From assembly GCA_001029675.1 (NCBI GenBank), contig CP011210.1:948891-1012890 (forward strand): 64,000 bases of DNA, written 5' to 3'. Of this stretch, positions 25,681-35,214 are shown piece by piece (the first letter of the stretch is position 1; every line of letters starts with the position of its first letter). The stretch comes from Candidatus Beckwithbacteria bacterium GW2011_GWC1_49_16 (lineage in GTDB: Bacteria; Patescibacteriota; Microgenomatia; UBA1400; CG1-02-47-37). The notes under the pieces were generated by a model. The model was not told the origin of the DNA, searched no databases, and saw only the letters and a list, made by a program, of their open reading frames with translations. The translations under genes and the position numbers were made by a program.

Positions 25681-27171
25681 ATGGTGAAAGAGTATTTGAA
25701 TAAAAATCAAAAGCGGGTGATGCGGACTTTGGAGATTCTGCCGGGAGCCATCTCTTGGTCTTTGATTATTTTCCCCATCTGGGGGTCGCTGGTGATACCG
25801 GTGGCGGTCGCTTACTACATCATTGCCTTTGACGTTTACTGGCTGTATCGGTCAATCTGGACGGCGACATTGTCTTTAATTGCCCACTACCGGTTGCGGG
25901 CGGCACAGCAGTTTGATTGGTTAAACGAAGCCCAGTCGTTTCTTGATTGGGAAAGGATCCACCACATCGTGGTGATTCCCACTTACCAAGAACCCTTGTA
26001 TATTTTAAAGCGGACTTTGACCGGGCTTTCCCAGCAGACTTTTCCCAGAGAAAACCTGACGGTAGTGGTGTCTTTTGAAGAGCGGGAAGGAGAGGCGGCC
26101 ACAAAGATGGGGAGAATTTTAAAACGGGAGTTTGGTGAGATTTTTGGCAATTTTATCATCACTTTTCACCCTGATTTGCCGGGAGAGGTTAAAGGCAAGT
26201 CTTCAAACACTGCCTGGGCGGCGCGGCTAGCTAAAAAGAAGCTAATTGACGAACAGGAACGGGACATCAATTATGTGACGATTACCTCAAACGACGCCGA
26301 CGCCTTGCTTCACAAGCAATACTTTTCCTATTTGACTTTCAAGTTTTTGGACGACCCGGACAGATATGAGAAGATTTGGCAGTCGGCGATCCAGTTTTAC
26401 AACAACATCTGGCGGCTGCCGGCCGTCACCCGAGCCTACAACCGGGTGTCTTCGGTAGTTCAGACCGGGATTTTGATGAGAAAAGACAGGTTGATGAATT
26501 TTTCCACCTACACTTTGAGCTTGAAGCTGGTAGATAAGGTGGGCTACTGGGATACGGACGTCATTCCCGAAGACTACCGGATGTTCTTTAAAACCTTTTA
26601 TGCCACCCGGGGTAAGGTCGAAGTCGAACCGATATTTTTGCCGGCGTTTTGCGACGCGGCCGAGTCGACGACGTTTTGGAAGACGATGAAAAACCAGTAT
26701 AACCAAGTCAAACGCTGGGCTTGGGGGGTGTCGGACGACGCTTATATTATTTACAAATGGCTGACGGTGCCCAACATGCCGTTTTGGGAAAAGTCGATCC
26801 GGGCCATGTATGTAATTAAGGATCACGTCTTGTGGCCGGTGAACTGGTTTGCCATCACCTTGGGGGCCAACATTCCACCGCTACTTAATAAAGATTTCAA
26901 CCGGACGATTATCGGCAAGACCCTGCCCCAGGTGTCGTCGGGGATTTTGACTTTGGCCTTGGTAGCACTGGCGGCGATCATTTTTATTGACTGGCAGCAA
27001 AAACCCAAGGCGCCGGAAGGAACTCCCTGGTGGAAGCGGTTTTTTGCGCCGTTTGAGTTTGTGTTACTGCCCATCGTCGGCTTTTTCTTCACCGCGCTTC
27101 CCGGGCTAGACGCCCACACCCGGCTGATGCTTGGCCGCTACATCGAGTACAAGGTGACGGAGAAGGTTTAG
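25681..27171 (+). CDS. Processive family-2 glycosyltransferase (membrane-embedded, QxxRW motif)
   Basis: N-terminal TM helices, a GT-A domain, QVKRWAWG (the Q(Q/R)xRW motif of cellulose/chitin-synthase-like enzymes) and C-terminal TM helices. Confidence 0.6.
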   Translation: MVKEYLNKNQKRVMRTLEILPGAISWSLIIFPIWGSLVIPVAVAYYIIAFDVYWLYRSIWTATLSLIAHYRLRAAQQFDWLNEAQSFLDWERIHHIVVIPTYQEPLYILKRTLTGLSQQTFPRENLTVVVSFEEREGEAATKMGRILKREFGEIFGNFIITFHPDLPGEVKGKSSNTAWAARLAKKKLIDEQERDINYVTITSNDADALLHKQYFSYLTFKFLDDPDRYEKIWQSAIQFYNNIWRLPAVTRAYNRVSSVVQTGILMRKDRLMNFSTYTLSLKLVDKVGYWDTDVIPEDYRMFFKTFYATRGKVEVEPIFLPAFCDAAESTTFWKTMKNQYNQVKRWAWGVSDDAYIIYKWLTVPNMPFWEKSIRAMYVIKDHVLWPVNWFAITLGANIPPLLNKDFNRTIIGKTLPQVSSGILTLALVALAAIIFIDWQQKPKAPEGTPWWKRFFAPFEFVLLPIVGFFFTALPGLDAHTRLMLGRYIEYKVTEKV

Positions 27172-27189
27172 GGCTGATACAATAAAAGC

Positions 27190-28701
27190 ATGCTTAAACG
27201 CGTCTGGCGCTGGGTGAAGAAAAACGAGGCTTTGGCCTGGTTAGTGGTTTTCTCGGTGGTGTTGCGGATTACCTCCTGGTTTGAGCCTTACTGGTACGGC
27301 GACGAGGGTATTTATTTAGTTTTAGGCCAGGCTTTGCGGCGCGGGCTGGTGTTTTACCGCGACATCCACGACAACAAGCCGCCTTTACTTTACCTTTTGG
27401 CGGCCGTCGCCGGGGGCGTCACCTGGTTTAGGGTGATACTGACCGTCTGGTTTGGGGCGACAGTGGTGGTATTTTACCGGTTGATGGAAAAGCTTTTTCC
27501 CAAAAACAAGTTAGCCTGGTATTTGTCGACCATAACCATGATTTTGGGGACGACGGCCACCGAGGGCAACATTGCCAACGCGGAGATATTTATGATCGGG
27601 CCGATTATGCTCGCCATGCTAATGGCCTTGCGGCAAACTCCCGCCTCCGCCAAGGCTTCGGCGGGCAAGCGAAACTGGCTCTTGGTGGGACTTTTGATGG
27701 CGGTGGCGTTTTTATTTAAAGCGCCGGCGGGGGCTGATTTGGCGGCACTGCTCATTTGGTTGGTAGCCTTTACCCGACTGGGTAAAAAAGCTTGGCTCAA
27801 AGCCGCGCTGATCTTGGTAGGATTTTTACTGCCGCTGGCGGCCACCTTGGTTTACTACGCTCAAGTGGGAGGACTGGAGCGTTACGTGCGGTCGGCGCTG
27901 CTTCAGAACATCGGCTATCTTTCATCCTGGCAGACCGGAGAACACTCGGCTTCGGGGTTTTCCTCTCAATCGGGGCTAATGCTTCGGAGCGGGGCCTTGG
28001 CAGTTTTGATCGGGGGATTTTTTTGGCTTAAAAAACGATTTAAGCTGGAAACCAAGTTGAGCCTGATGGTGGTGTGGTTTTTTGCGGCCTTGTGGGCGGC
28101 GTTACTCTCCGAAAGGCCGTATCCTCATTATCTTATCCAGCCGCTAGTGCCGGCGGCAGTGCTGGTGAGCTTTTTGCTTTTTGGCAAAAGAAAGTTGGTG
28201 CGGTTGGTGGTGGTGACGGCGGCTTTGGTGGCAGCGGTAAGCTTCTATCAAATTCGCTTTTGGCAGTATCCGGTGGCGGCTTACTACCAAAATTTTATTG
28301 GGTATGCCTTAGGGCAAAAAAGCCGGGAGGCTTACTTTGACTTTTTTGACTGGCGGGTGAACCAGACTTATCGGGTAGCAGAGTTGGTTAAGAAATATAC
28401 CACGAGCGACGAGCCGATTTTTGTCTGGGGCGACGAGCCGTATATTTATGCGCTTTCCGAAAGGCTGCCGGTAGGCCGCTATACGGTCGCCTACCACATC
28501 TATGATTTTGACGGCTTTGAGGAGACGCTTACCGCCTTGGACGAGAAACGGCCGAGCCTGGTGGTGATGATGGAGTATGAGACACGGCCGTTTGAGGGGT
28601 TAACCGCGAGGCTGGCTACAGATTATGTCTTGGTAGACAAAGTCGACCAGGCCCTGATCTACATGCGGGTTGACGGGGTCACCCGTTCGCCAGGCTTATA
28701 A
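27190..28701 (+). CDS. GT-C fold glycosyltransferase, ArnT/PMT-like
   Basis: YWYGDEGIY DE motif after TM1 and ~11 TM helices plus a C-terminal soluble domain. Confidence 0.55.
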   Translation: MLKRVWRWVKKNEALAWLVVFSVVLRITSWFEPYWYGDEGIYLVLGQALRRGLVFYRDIHDNKPPLLYLLAAVAGGVTWFRVILTVWFGATVVVFYRLMEKLFPKNKLAWYLSTITMILGTTATEGNIANAEIFMIGPIMLAMLMALRQTPASAKASAGKRNWLLVGLLMAVAFLFKAPAGADLAALLIWLVAFTRLGKKAWLKAALILVGFLLPLAATLVYYAQVGGLERYVRSALLQNIGYLSSWQTGEHSASGFSSQSGLMLRSGALAVLIGGFFWLKKRFKLETKLSLMVVWFFAALWAALLSERPYPHYLIQPLVPAAVLVSFLLFGKRKLVRLVVVTAALVAAVSFYQIRFWQYPVAAYYQNFIGYALGQKSREAYFDFFDWRVNQTYRVAELVKKYTTSDEPIFVWGDEPYIYALSERLPVGRYTVAYHIYDFDGFEETLTALDEKRPSLVVMMEYETRPFEGLTARLATDYVLVDKVDQALIYMRVDGVTRSPGL

Positions 28702-28703
28702 AT

Positions 28704-29114
28704 ATGAAAAAGCCACGGCAGATGAGTTTTTTCTCTAACACCGGCGCGGGTTTTGGTGAGGTAAAACTTCAGATCGATACTCTCGCGGCCGACCCGGCGG
28801 CAAAAATTGGCCTAAGGATCGCCTTTTTGGCCTTAGGGGTGGAATTTTTGGTCTTGGCTTTGTCTTGGAGCCGGCTGCCTCCCGAAGTGCCGCTGTGGTA
28901 CAGCCGGCCTTACGGGGAAAGCCAACTGACGGGGGCGTGGTGGCTATGGTTGCTTCCAGGGGTGGGTTTGTTTATAAACTTGGTGTCGATCAGATGGGCG
29001 GGGGTGGTGGTGGCAACAGAAAAACTCTTGGCCCAAATCTTGGTGTGGGTGGGGGCGATGACGGCGGTAATGGGGTTGGCGGCAGTGAGCAAAATTGTGG
29101 CCTTGATGTTATGA
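28704..29114 (+). CDS. Small 3-4 TM membrane protein (possible flippase-type partner)
   Basis: Hydrophobicity pattern only. Overlaps the next gene start with an ATGA. Confidence 0.3.
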   Translation: MKKPRQMSFFSNTGAGFGEVKLQIDTLAADPAAKIGLRIAFLALGVEFLVLALSWSRLPPEVPLWYSRPYGESQLTGAWWLWLLPGVGLFINLVSIRWAGVVVATEKLLAQILVWVGAMTAVMGLAAVSKIVALML

Positions 29115-30205
29115 ACTTGGTTTATTTAATTAAAGTGACCGGGTTAGCGGCGATACTTTCCGCCATAATTACTCCGATAATAATCAGGCTGTATCGGCGT
29201 CTCAATTGGCTCGATGATCCTAAAAAGGCGACTCACCCTAAAGTGATTCACGCTTACCCGGTCCCCCGCGGGGGCGGAGTGGCGATATTTTTGGCGATAG
29301 CGGTTTCAAGCTTGACCTTTTTACCGGTAGACAAGCACCTTTTGGGCATTCTTTTGGGGGCAGGGGTTTTAGCCGTGGTGGGATTGGCGGACGATGTCAA
29401 AAATGTTAATCCTTATTGGCGGCTTTTATGGGGAGTTTTGGCGGCGGGGCTGGTGGTGGGAGCGGGCATCGGCATTCCCTATATTTCCAACCCCTTCCGC
29501 GCCAACGCGGTGATTTTGCTGTCTAGCCCGCAAATCCCGATTTACCTTTTAGGGAAACTCCGGACCATCTGGATTTGGGCGGACGTGTTTGCGCTTATTT
29601 GGATCGTGGGAGTGATGAACTTTGTCAACTGGTCAAAGGGGCTTGACGGGCAGCTGCCGGGGATCGTGGTGGTAGCGGCGACGGTAATTGGGGTTTTAAG
29701 CTTAAGGTTTGTCGACGACGTCACCCAGTGGCCGGTAATTGTTCTGGCGTTTATTTTAGCCGGGGCTTACCTGGGTTTTTTGCCTTGGAATTTTTATCCG
29801 CAAAAAATCATGCCCGGTTATGGCGGCGGGGCTTTGGCGGGTTATTTTTTGGCGGTGTTGGCGATTCTGTCTGGAGCCAAGGTAGCTACAGCCATTCTGG
29901 TTTTGGGGGTGCCCTTGATGGACGCAGTTTACACTGTGGTTAGAAGGGTGGCTGCCGGCCGCTCTCCGGTTTGGGGAGACAGGGGACATCTGCATCATAA
30001 ACTCATGGATTTGGGTTGGGGGAAAAGGCGGGTAGCGCTGTTTTACTGGCTGGTGACGGCAATATTGGGGCTTTCGGCTTTGCGATTGAATAGCACAGCC
30101 AAGGCCTATACAATGGTGCTATTGGCAGTGGTTTTAGGAGGATTTTTATTATGGCTGAATACGGCTACTTACTTCTTAAAGAAGCCCGGCCGCGACAGTG
30201 GCTGA
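29111..30205 (+). CDS. Polyprenyl-phosphate N-acetylhexosamine-1-phosphate transferase (WecA/MraY family)
   Basis: ...GLADDVKN... and ...VMNFVNWSKGLDGQLPG... (cf. NAxNxxDGLDGL), ~10 TM helices. The start is at MNLVYLIKV (ATG 29111) within the longer 28865 ORF. Confidence 0.7.
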   Translation: MNLVYLIKVTGLAAILSAIITPIIIRLYRRLNWLDDPKKATHPKVIHAYPVPRGGGVAIFLAIAVSSLTFLPVDKHLLGILLGAGVLAVVGLADDVKNVNPYWRLLWGVLAAGLVVGAGIGIPYISNPFRANAVILLSSPQIPIYLLGKLRTIWIWADVFALIWIVGVMNFVNWSKGLDGQLPGIVVVAATVIGVLSLRFVDDVTQWPVIVLAFILAGAYLGFLPWNFYPQKIMPGYGGGALAGYFLAVLAILSGAKVATAILVLGVPLMDAVYTVVRRVAAGRSPVWGDRGHLHHKLMDLGWGKRRVALFYWLVTAILGLSALRLNSTAKAYTMVLLAVVLGGFLLWLNTATYFLKKPGRDSG

Positions 30206-31077
30206 AAAACCTGGCGCTTTATACCGGGCTGGTGTTTTCCGGCTGGCTGTTTATAGCGGAAAAGTTTTGGACGGTGACGGCGGCTTTTTTGATTTTTTCC
30301 TTGATGACGGGCTCTGTCTACATCCTGAACGACATTATCGATTTGGAGTCGGACAGAAAACATCCGTTTAAGAAAAAGCGCCCCGTCGCTTCCGGCAAGC
30401 TGCCGATGCCGGTGGCGCTGTTTTTTAGCCTGATGGGGTTGGTGGCTGCTTTCTATCTTGGCTGGAGTCTGTCTTTTTTTCTGTTTTTAGGACTGCTGGC
30501 CTACCTGACTTTACAGCTGGTTTACAGCGGCTGGTTGAAACATATACCGATCATGGACGTGATGCTCATCTCCGCCGGTTTTATCGTCAGGGTGTATACC
30601 GGGGCGGCGATGATCGGGGCGCATATCAACGTTTGGCTGCTACTTTGCATCATTTCTTTTTCGCTGTTTCTGGCTATTGGCAAAAGAAGAAGCGAGCTGA
30701 CACTTTTACAAGGCCAAACTGCCAGCCGCAGGGTTTTGGGCCGCTACCCGGAAAAGTTACTCGACGTTTATACGGCCATGTTTGCCAATACTACCTGGGT
30801 GACTTACGCGCTTTTCACCTTCATGTTCCCGCCGTTTGCTTTTCGGGGGCGGGTGTTGACTTTACTGGCTGATCTGCCCCGGACCTTTAGGTCAGAAAAG
30901 TGGCTGATGGTGACGATTCCTGTGGTCATCTACGGGGTGATGCGCTACCTCCATTTAATTTACGAGAAAAACCAAGGCGAGTCGCCAGAGCGGATTTTGA
31001 CTGACGACCGGCCGATGCTGATCACTGTCGCTCTCTGGGGTTTAATGGTGGTGGGGATTTTGTACGGCCTGGGGTAA
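30151..31077 (+). CDS. UbiA-family prenyl-phosphate phosphoribosyltransferase (decaprenyl-phosphate phosphoribosyltransferase-like)
   Basis: LKEARPRQWLKNL start, the Asp-rich motif YILNDIIDLESDRKH (NDxxDxxxD), and ~8 TM helices. Confidence 0.65.
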   Translation: MAEYGYLLLKEARPRQWLKNLALYTGLVFSGWLFIAEKFWTVTAAFLIFSLMTGSVYILNDIIDLESDRKHPFKKKRPVASGKLPMPVALFFSLMGLVAAFYLGWSLSFFLFLGLLAYLTLQLVYSGWLKHIPIMDVMLISAGFIVRVYTGAAMIGAHINVWLLLCIISFSLFLAIGKRRSELTLLQGQTASRRVLGRYPEKLLDVYTAMFANTTWVTYALFTFMFPPFAFRGRVLTLLADLPRTFRSEKWLMVTIPVVIYGVMRYLHLIYEKNQGESPERILTDDRPMLITVALWGLMVVGILYGLG

Positions 31078-31079
31078 AT

Positions 31080-32006
31080 TTACTCGTACTTCTCGGCGTA
31101 TTTGCCGGTAATCCAGCAGCTCTTACCCGATTCATACTCGACTTGATACCAGCCGGACTGCTCATCCAATAAAGGAAATTTGTCACCGTGGTCTAAAGCG
31201 GCGACGATGGTCTCGTCCCCGCCGCCGGTAGACGGTTCGCTCCTGCAGTTGACGTAACCGTCGGCTTCGTTATCAATGACCACGTAAGGTAAATCCGGAT
31301 CGCCAGCGCCTGAAGTAGGTGAGGCTTTGGGAGAGGCAGTGGTTTTAGGGCTGGGGCTGGCTTTGGGGCTGGGTGAGGGTGAGACTTGGGCAGAGGGAGT
31401 AGCTTCCTGGTCGTCCTCGGCGCCGGAAACGGTATCTCCCTCCCGAGCCAGCTGAACTGAGGCAATCAGTTTGTAACCCTTGACGGTTTTGGCTTTGATG
31501 CTTCTTTCCCGGTAACCGGGGGAAGAAACGACCAAGACGTGGTCGCCTTCGGAAACAGAATCGATAGACAAGGGGGCAAAGCCTCTGGGTTCGCCGTCGA
31601 GGTTGACCACGGCTCCGTCGGGGGTGGTAACGACGGCGATCGAGGTAGCGTTTTTGTCAGCTAAGGCTTCAAAAGACAAAATTTCGCCGCTTGATTCTTC
31701 CTCGGTTAGGCCCAGTTCGCGCTTGACGACGGTCAGAATGCCAGGGGTGAGGTTAACCCGACCCTCCCAGACGGTTAAGGCCTGACCAGAGGACTCGGGG
31801 ACGATTTTCAAGACGTATTCGCCGGGCTTTAGTTTTTCGTTGTAGTAAGGAGTTTGACCTAAATGCTCGCCATCAAGAAAGACGGTGGCTTTAGGGGAGG
31901 CTTCGACGGAAAGGGCGGCTTTTTTACGGGAAGATAACAAACTTCTCACCCCAAAAATGGCTCCGCCGATGAGCAGGATGATTAAAACCCAGGCAAAGCG
32001 TTTCAT
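31080..32006 (-). CDS. Secreted/anchored PEGA-domain protein with (SP/SPK)n linker and a C-terminal SH3-like domain
   Basis: Two PEGA-like motifs (VFLDGEHLGQTPY, VVNLDGEPRGFAPL) and an SPSPSPKASPSPK linker. The start is taken at MKRFAWVL. Confidence 0.55.
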   Translation of the reverse strand: MKRFAWVLIILLIGGAIFGVRSLLSSRKKAALSVEASPKATVFLDGEHLGQTPYYNEKLKPGEYVLKIVPESSGQALTVWEGRVNLTPGILTVVKRELGLTEEESSGEILSFEALADKNATSIAVVTTPDGAVVNLDGEPRGFAPLSIDSVSEGDHVLVVSSPGYRERSIKAKTVKGYKLIASVQLAREGDTVSGAEDDQEATPSAQVSPSPSPKASPSPKTTASPKASPTSGAGDPDLPYVVIDNEADGYVNCRSEPSTGGGDETIVAALDHGDKFPLLDEQSGWYQVEYESGKSCWITGKYAEKYE

Positions 32007-32047
32007 CAGAGGAGATTGTAGCAAAAAATGGTATAATTATCAAACTA

Positions 32048-32119
32048 GGCCTAGTGGCGAAGAGGTAACGCGGCTGTCTGCAAAACAGCCATACGTCGGT
32101 TCGATTCCGACCTAGGCCT
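32048..32119 (+). tRNA. tRNA-Cys (anticodon GCA)
   Basis: 7-bp acceptor stem GGCCTAG/CTAGGCC, T-arm GTCGG-TTCGATT-CCGAC, and anticodon stem GCTGT/ACAGC with loop CTGCAAA. CCA is not encoded. Confidence 0.85.
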
Positions 32120-32159
32120 CTAACTTGACAAAGGCTCTTTTTGTGGTAATATACCTTTC

Positions 32160-32190
32160 TCCTCCCGAAAATGGGAGGATTTTTTGTTTG
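32160..32190 (+). terminator. Rho-independent terminator downstream of tRNA-Cys
   Basis: TCCTCCC-gaaaat-GGGAGGA hairpin followed by TTTTTTGTTT. Confidence 0.55.
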
Positions 32191-32207
32191 GGCCGCATGG
32201 CCCGATC

Positions 32208-32960
32208 ATGAAACGAAAAGAATTTTCGCTTGTAGTTTCGACACTATCGCTAGGTAAGGCAACCACGAGACTTACGGTCAACCTCATCAAGTTTATGGGT
32301 TGGTCGTTGGTGTGGGGAGTTACCATGCTTCCCTATCAAATCTTCCGGGTGTTTTTACCTAAGCGTGGCCCGGGCAGACCCGGAAGCCACCCGATCTCGA
32401 AGTTTTTCCGCAGTGCCTTTGAGAGTAAAAGGGCCCGAAAATTTGTTGGGGCCGGCTTGGCCATGGTCTTGATGCTATCTAACCTGGTGGGTAATATCCT
32501 GGCGGTAGAAGGGACACAGGCGGTTGACCCGACCCTGATTTCTACCCCGGAAACCCAGGTAGTGACCCAAACCACTCTAGAGACGCCTTTAGAGGGGGTG
32601 GTCGCCCAGGGCTTTAACGGGCTCCATAGAGGAGTAGATGTCTTGGCGCCGATAGGCACGCCGATTGAACCGGTAGCCGACGGGGTGGTGAAGGAAGCCA
32701 GCTTTGGCAGATTGGGTTGGGGCAATACCATCGTGGTCGAGCACGAGGGTGGTTTGGCTTCGCGTTATGCCCACTTGAGCCAAATCAAGGTGGTGGCGGG
32801 AGAAAAAGTCAGCAAAGACCAAGTGATCGGTACCGTGGGAATGACCGGGTGGACTACTGGCCCCCACCTTCACTTAGAAATGTACCAAAACGGCCGGGCG
32901 ATTAATCCGCTTACTGTACTGCCGACGTTTCAAAGCCAGCTTCTGGCTCTGGGGCAGTAA
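32208..32960 (+). CDS. M23 family metallopeptidase (peptidoglycan endopeptidase-like)
   Basis: HRGVDVLAPIGTPI...GWGNTIVVEHEGG...GMTGWTTGPHLHLEM are the M23 HxxxD...HxH motifs. The start is taken at MKRKEF. Confidence 0.75.
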   Translation: MKRKEFSLVVSTLSLGKATTRLTVNLIKFMGWSLVWGVTMLPYQIFRVFLPKRGPGRPGSHPISKFFRSAFESKRARKFVGAGLAMVLMLSNLVGNILAVEGTQAVDPTLISTPETQVVTQTTLETPLEGVVAQGFNGLHRGVDVLAPIGTPIEPVADGVVKEASFGRLGWGNTIVVEHEGGLASRYAHLSQIKVVAGEKVSKDQVIGTVGMTGWTTGPHLHLEMYQNGRAINPLTVLPTFQSQLLALGQ

Positions 32961-33094
32961 AGTTGATTTCTTCAATTTGGCCGGCTTGCTCGCGGTTGGC
33001 GGAAAAAAGAGATATTCCCAAGATAGCTAGGGCCAGTAAAAACAAGATGGCGGTGGCCAAGGCGCTTAAAATGATTTGGTGCAGGCGGGAGAGT

Positions 33095-33889
33095 TTAAGC
33101 ATTCTTTCTTAAGAGTAGACCAAGTTGGTAGATATCGGTGTGGGGCGGAGACAAGTAAATAGTAAAGCTATTATCAAGTTTTCTCAAAGCTTTTAAATAG
33201 TCAAAGTAGCTGTTGGCAAGTTGATAGGCTTTAAAATTGGCATGCAGTACCTTGGGCTTCTTCCCTTTAACCTGGCTCATGGCTCGCGCTATGTCCATGG
33301 TTTTTTTGACCGAGTTACAGGCTGAACCAAGAATTAACCCAGAGACATCATCGTCCTTAAGAATTTCCTCCGTCCTCTCTGGCGTAGAGCGACCGCCATA
33401 AATTATTGGGGTCTCAACGGGAATCTGCCTTTTTATGGCCTTAGCGCAGGCGGAAATAAGCTTGGATGCGGGCGGAGGCATATCGTCACGTCCGCTCCCG
33501 CGAGACCCCCACTTGGGCTCATAACCAATCACTAAACCCTCAAGTGAACTCTCCGGAATATCTTTAAAAATTTGAGCTGTCTTTTGACCAACGGTTAGAG
33601 CAACTTCGGTTTCAGCTTTATCCGCAAACTCCTCCCAGGATTCACCTAACAAAACCGTAGTTTTTGATAAAAATTCTAGGCCGAGCTGCTTCTGCTTAGC
33701 CTCAAGGTAAATGAGTTTTTGGCGAATTATCTGAGGATTATCACCAACTTCAGAATGGCCGATGATTACACCTTGGGCCCCGGCGGAAGCTATTTGTTCT
33801 AAACTAACGTCACCCGTGCGAGCATAAGGGTCCAAATTATCCCCCTCATAGATATCAAAGTTTTGAGCAGAAAGAATAAATTTTGCCAT
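33095..33889 (-). CDS. tpiA: Triosephosphate isomerase
   Basis: IIGHSEVG (cf. IVGHSERR) and VIGYEPKWGSRGSG (cf. AYEPVWAIGTG). Confidence 0.75.
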   Translation of the reverse strand: MAKFILSAQNFDIYEGDNLDPYARTGDVSLEQIASAGAQGVIIGHSEVGDNPQIIRQKLIYLEAKQKQLGLEFLSKTTVLLGESWEEFADKAETEVALTVGQKTAQIFKDIPESSLEGLVIGYEPKWGSRGSGRDDMPPPASKLISACAKAIKRQIPVETPIIYGGRSTPERTEEILKDDDVSGLILGSACNSVKKTMDIARAMSQVKGKKPKVLHANFKAYQLANSYFDYLKALRKLDNSFTIYLSPPHTDIYQLGLLLRKNA

Positions 33890-34554
33890 TAGAGCCTGAC
33901 GTCGCCGTAGACGTTGACGGTTCTTAAAAGTTTTTTAAGCTGTTTGGTTTCCTCTTTTAAGATGTTGACCGATTTGTCAACCTTAAACATACCGCCGTGG
34001 CCAGGGACGATGTAGTCGACCAGCTCCCAGATTTTAGCCCGGTTTTTGATGTGGGATTTGGGGCGTTTGCTAAAAGCGATCCATTCGTGGGCTTTTTTCC
34101 AGTCGCCTTGGTATTCGAACAGATCGCCGGTAAAAGCGACCAGGCCTTTTTGGGTTTTAACCAAAACCCCAATGCTTCTGTCGTCGTGGCCGGTCATGCC
34201 GGTGACGGTGACGTTGTCGTCGATTTTGAAGTTTTTATGGAAAAAGGTGGCCAAATCGCCCTGGTAGATGTCAAAGCCGACTACCAGAATAGCTTTGGGG
34301 AAAATGTTGTTGTTTGAGGTGTGGTCGGCGTCGCCGTGGGTGCAAACGACATAATCAATATCTGCTGGCTTGAGGCCGTGTTTGGCAAGGCCTTTGACAA
34401 TCACCTGTTTATCTTTAGGCAGGCCGGTGTCGACGACAATGTTTTTCTCTGATTTGATCAGGGAGATGGTACCGTCGGCTTTTTGGGCTTCGAGCTTTTT
34501 TTGCCAGACGGCGTAGCCGGGCTGAAGTACAAAGACTTGGGCTAGTTTTGCCAT
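33889..34554 (-). CDS. MBL-fold metallo-hydrolase
   Basis: VVCTHGDADH is the HxHxDH motif. Confidence 0.75.
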   Translation of the reverse strand: MAKLAQVFVLQPGYAVWQKKLEAQKADGTISLIKSEKNIVVDTGLPKDKQVIVKGLAKHGLKPADIDYVVCTHGDADHTSNNNIFPKAILVVGFDIYQGDLATFFHKNFKIDDNVTVTGMTGHDDRSIGVLVKTQKGLVAFTGDLFEYQGDWKKAHEWIAFSKRPKSHIKNRAKIWELVDYIVPGHGGMFKVDKSVNILKEETKQLKKLLRTVNVYGDVRL

Positions 34555-34580
34555 ACGGGGTATTTTACCACTTTTGATGC

Positions 34581-35210
34581 CTAGAGCTTAAACGCCTGGA
34601 TGCTGGTGGCATTTTTGTCAGGATAAGCCCAGGCATTGATAAACTGCTTGAGAGTGCGTTTTTGGTTGGGCCTGGCTGGACGGCCGGGGTCGTGGAAATA
34701 AACGTGTTTATCGTTAATATCAAAAACTAAAACAAAGTGGCCGGAGTAACCTTTTTTGTCGTAGAGGGCATAGTAGTTACAGCTGCAACCTGCCAAATAA
34801 CCCTTTCTAATTAATCTTTTTAGATCTTTAAGGGTGGGGGCTTTTTGGTAAAACTTAAAAGTCTTGGTAAAATGGGCGGCAGCTTTTCTTTCGTAGGTAA
34901 TATCGCTGTTGTCAATTTGGGCCTGACCTACCTTTTTACCGTATTTTTTTATAAGGTATTTCTCTCCCTCTTGGGCAAACTTTAAATAATCAAAATCTTC
35001 ATAATACTCGATGTCAAAACCCATTTTTTTGAGACTGATTAAGCCGTGCATCGGCCAGGTCCAAAGACCCTTCTTTTTGGCCACAATTTTATTTAAGCTT
35101 TTCATGGAAAAGTTTTTGGCAGGAAGAAAGTGTTTTAGCACCATGCGCAGGCAAGCTGGGTAACAGGAGGTGTTGTCTTTGGAGTTGGGGTAGAAAGGAA
35201 TTTGGCTCAT
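34581..35210 (-). CDS. Papain-like cysteine peptidase domain protein (C39-like/BtrH-like)
   Basis: A Cys near the N-terminus in CYPACLRM and a downstream His (SGHFVLVFD) in the typical order. Confidence 0.35.
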   Translation of the reverse strand: MSQIPFYPNSKDNTSCYPACLRMVLKHFLPAKNFSMKSLNKIVAKKKGLWTWPMHGLISLKKMGFDIEYYEDFDYLKFAQEGEKYLIKKYGKKVGQAQIDNSDITYERKAAAHFTKTFKFYQKAPTLKDLKRLIRKGYLAGCSCNYYALYDKKGYSGHFVLVFDINDKHVYFHDPGRPARPNQKRTLKQFINAWAYPDKNATSIQAFKL

Positions 35211-35214
35211 AAGC

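Noticed and set aside
32125-32153. Promoter-like hexamers between tRNA-Cys and its terminator as a standalone promoter feature
   Set aside because: Hexamer matches alone are weak evidence and a terminator immediately downstream makes a productive promoter doubtful. It is kept only as a low-interest finding.
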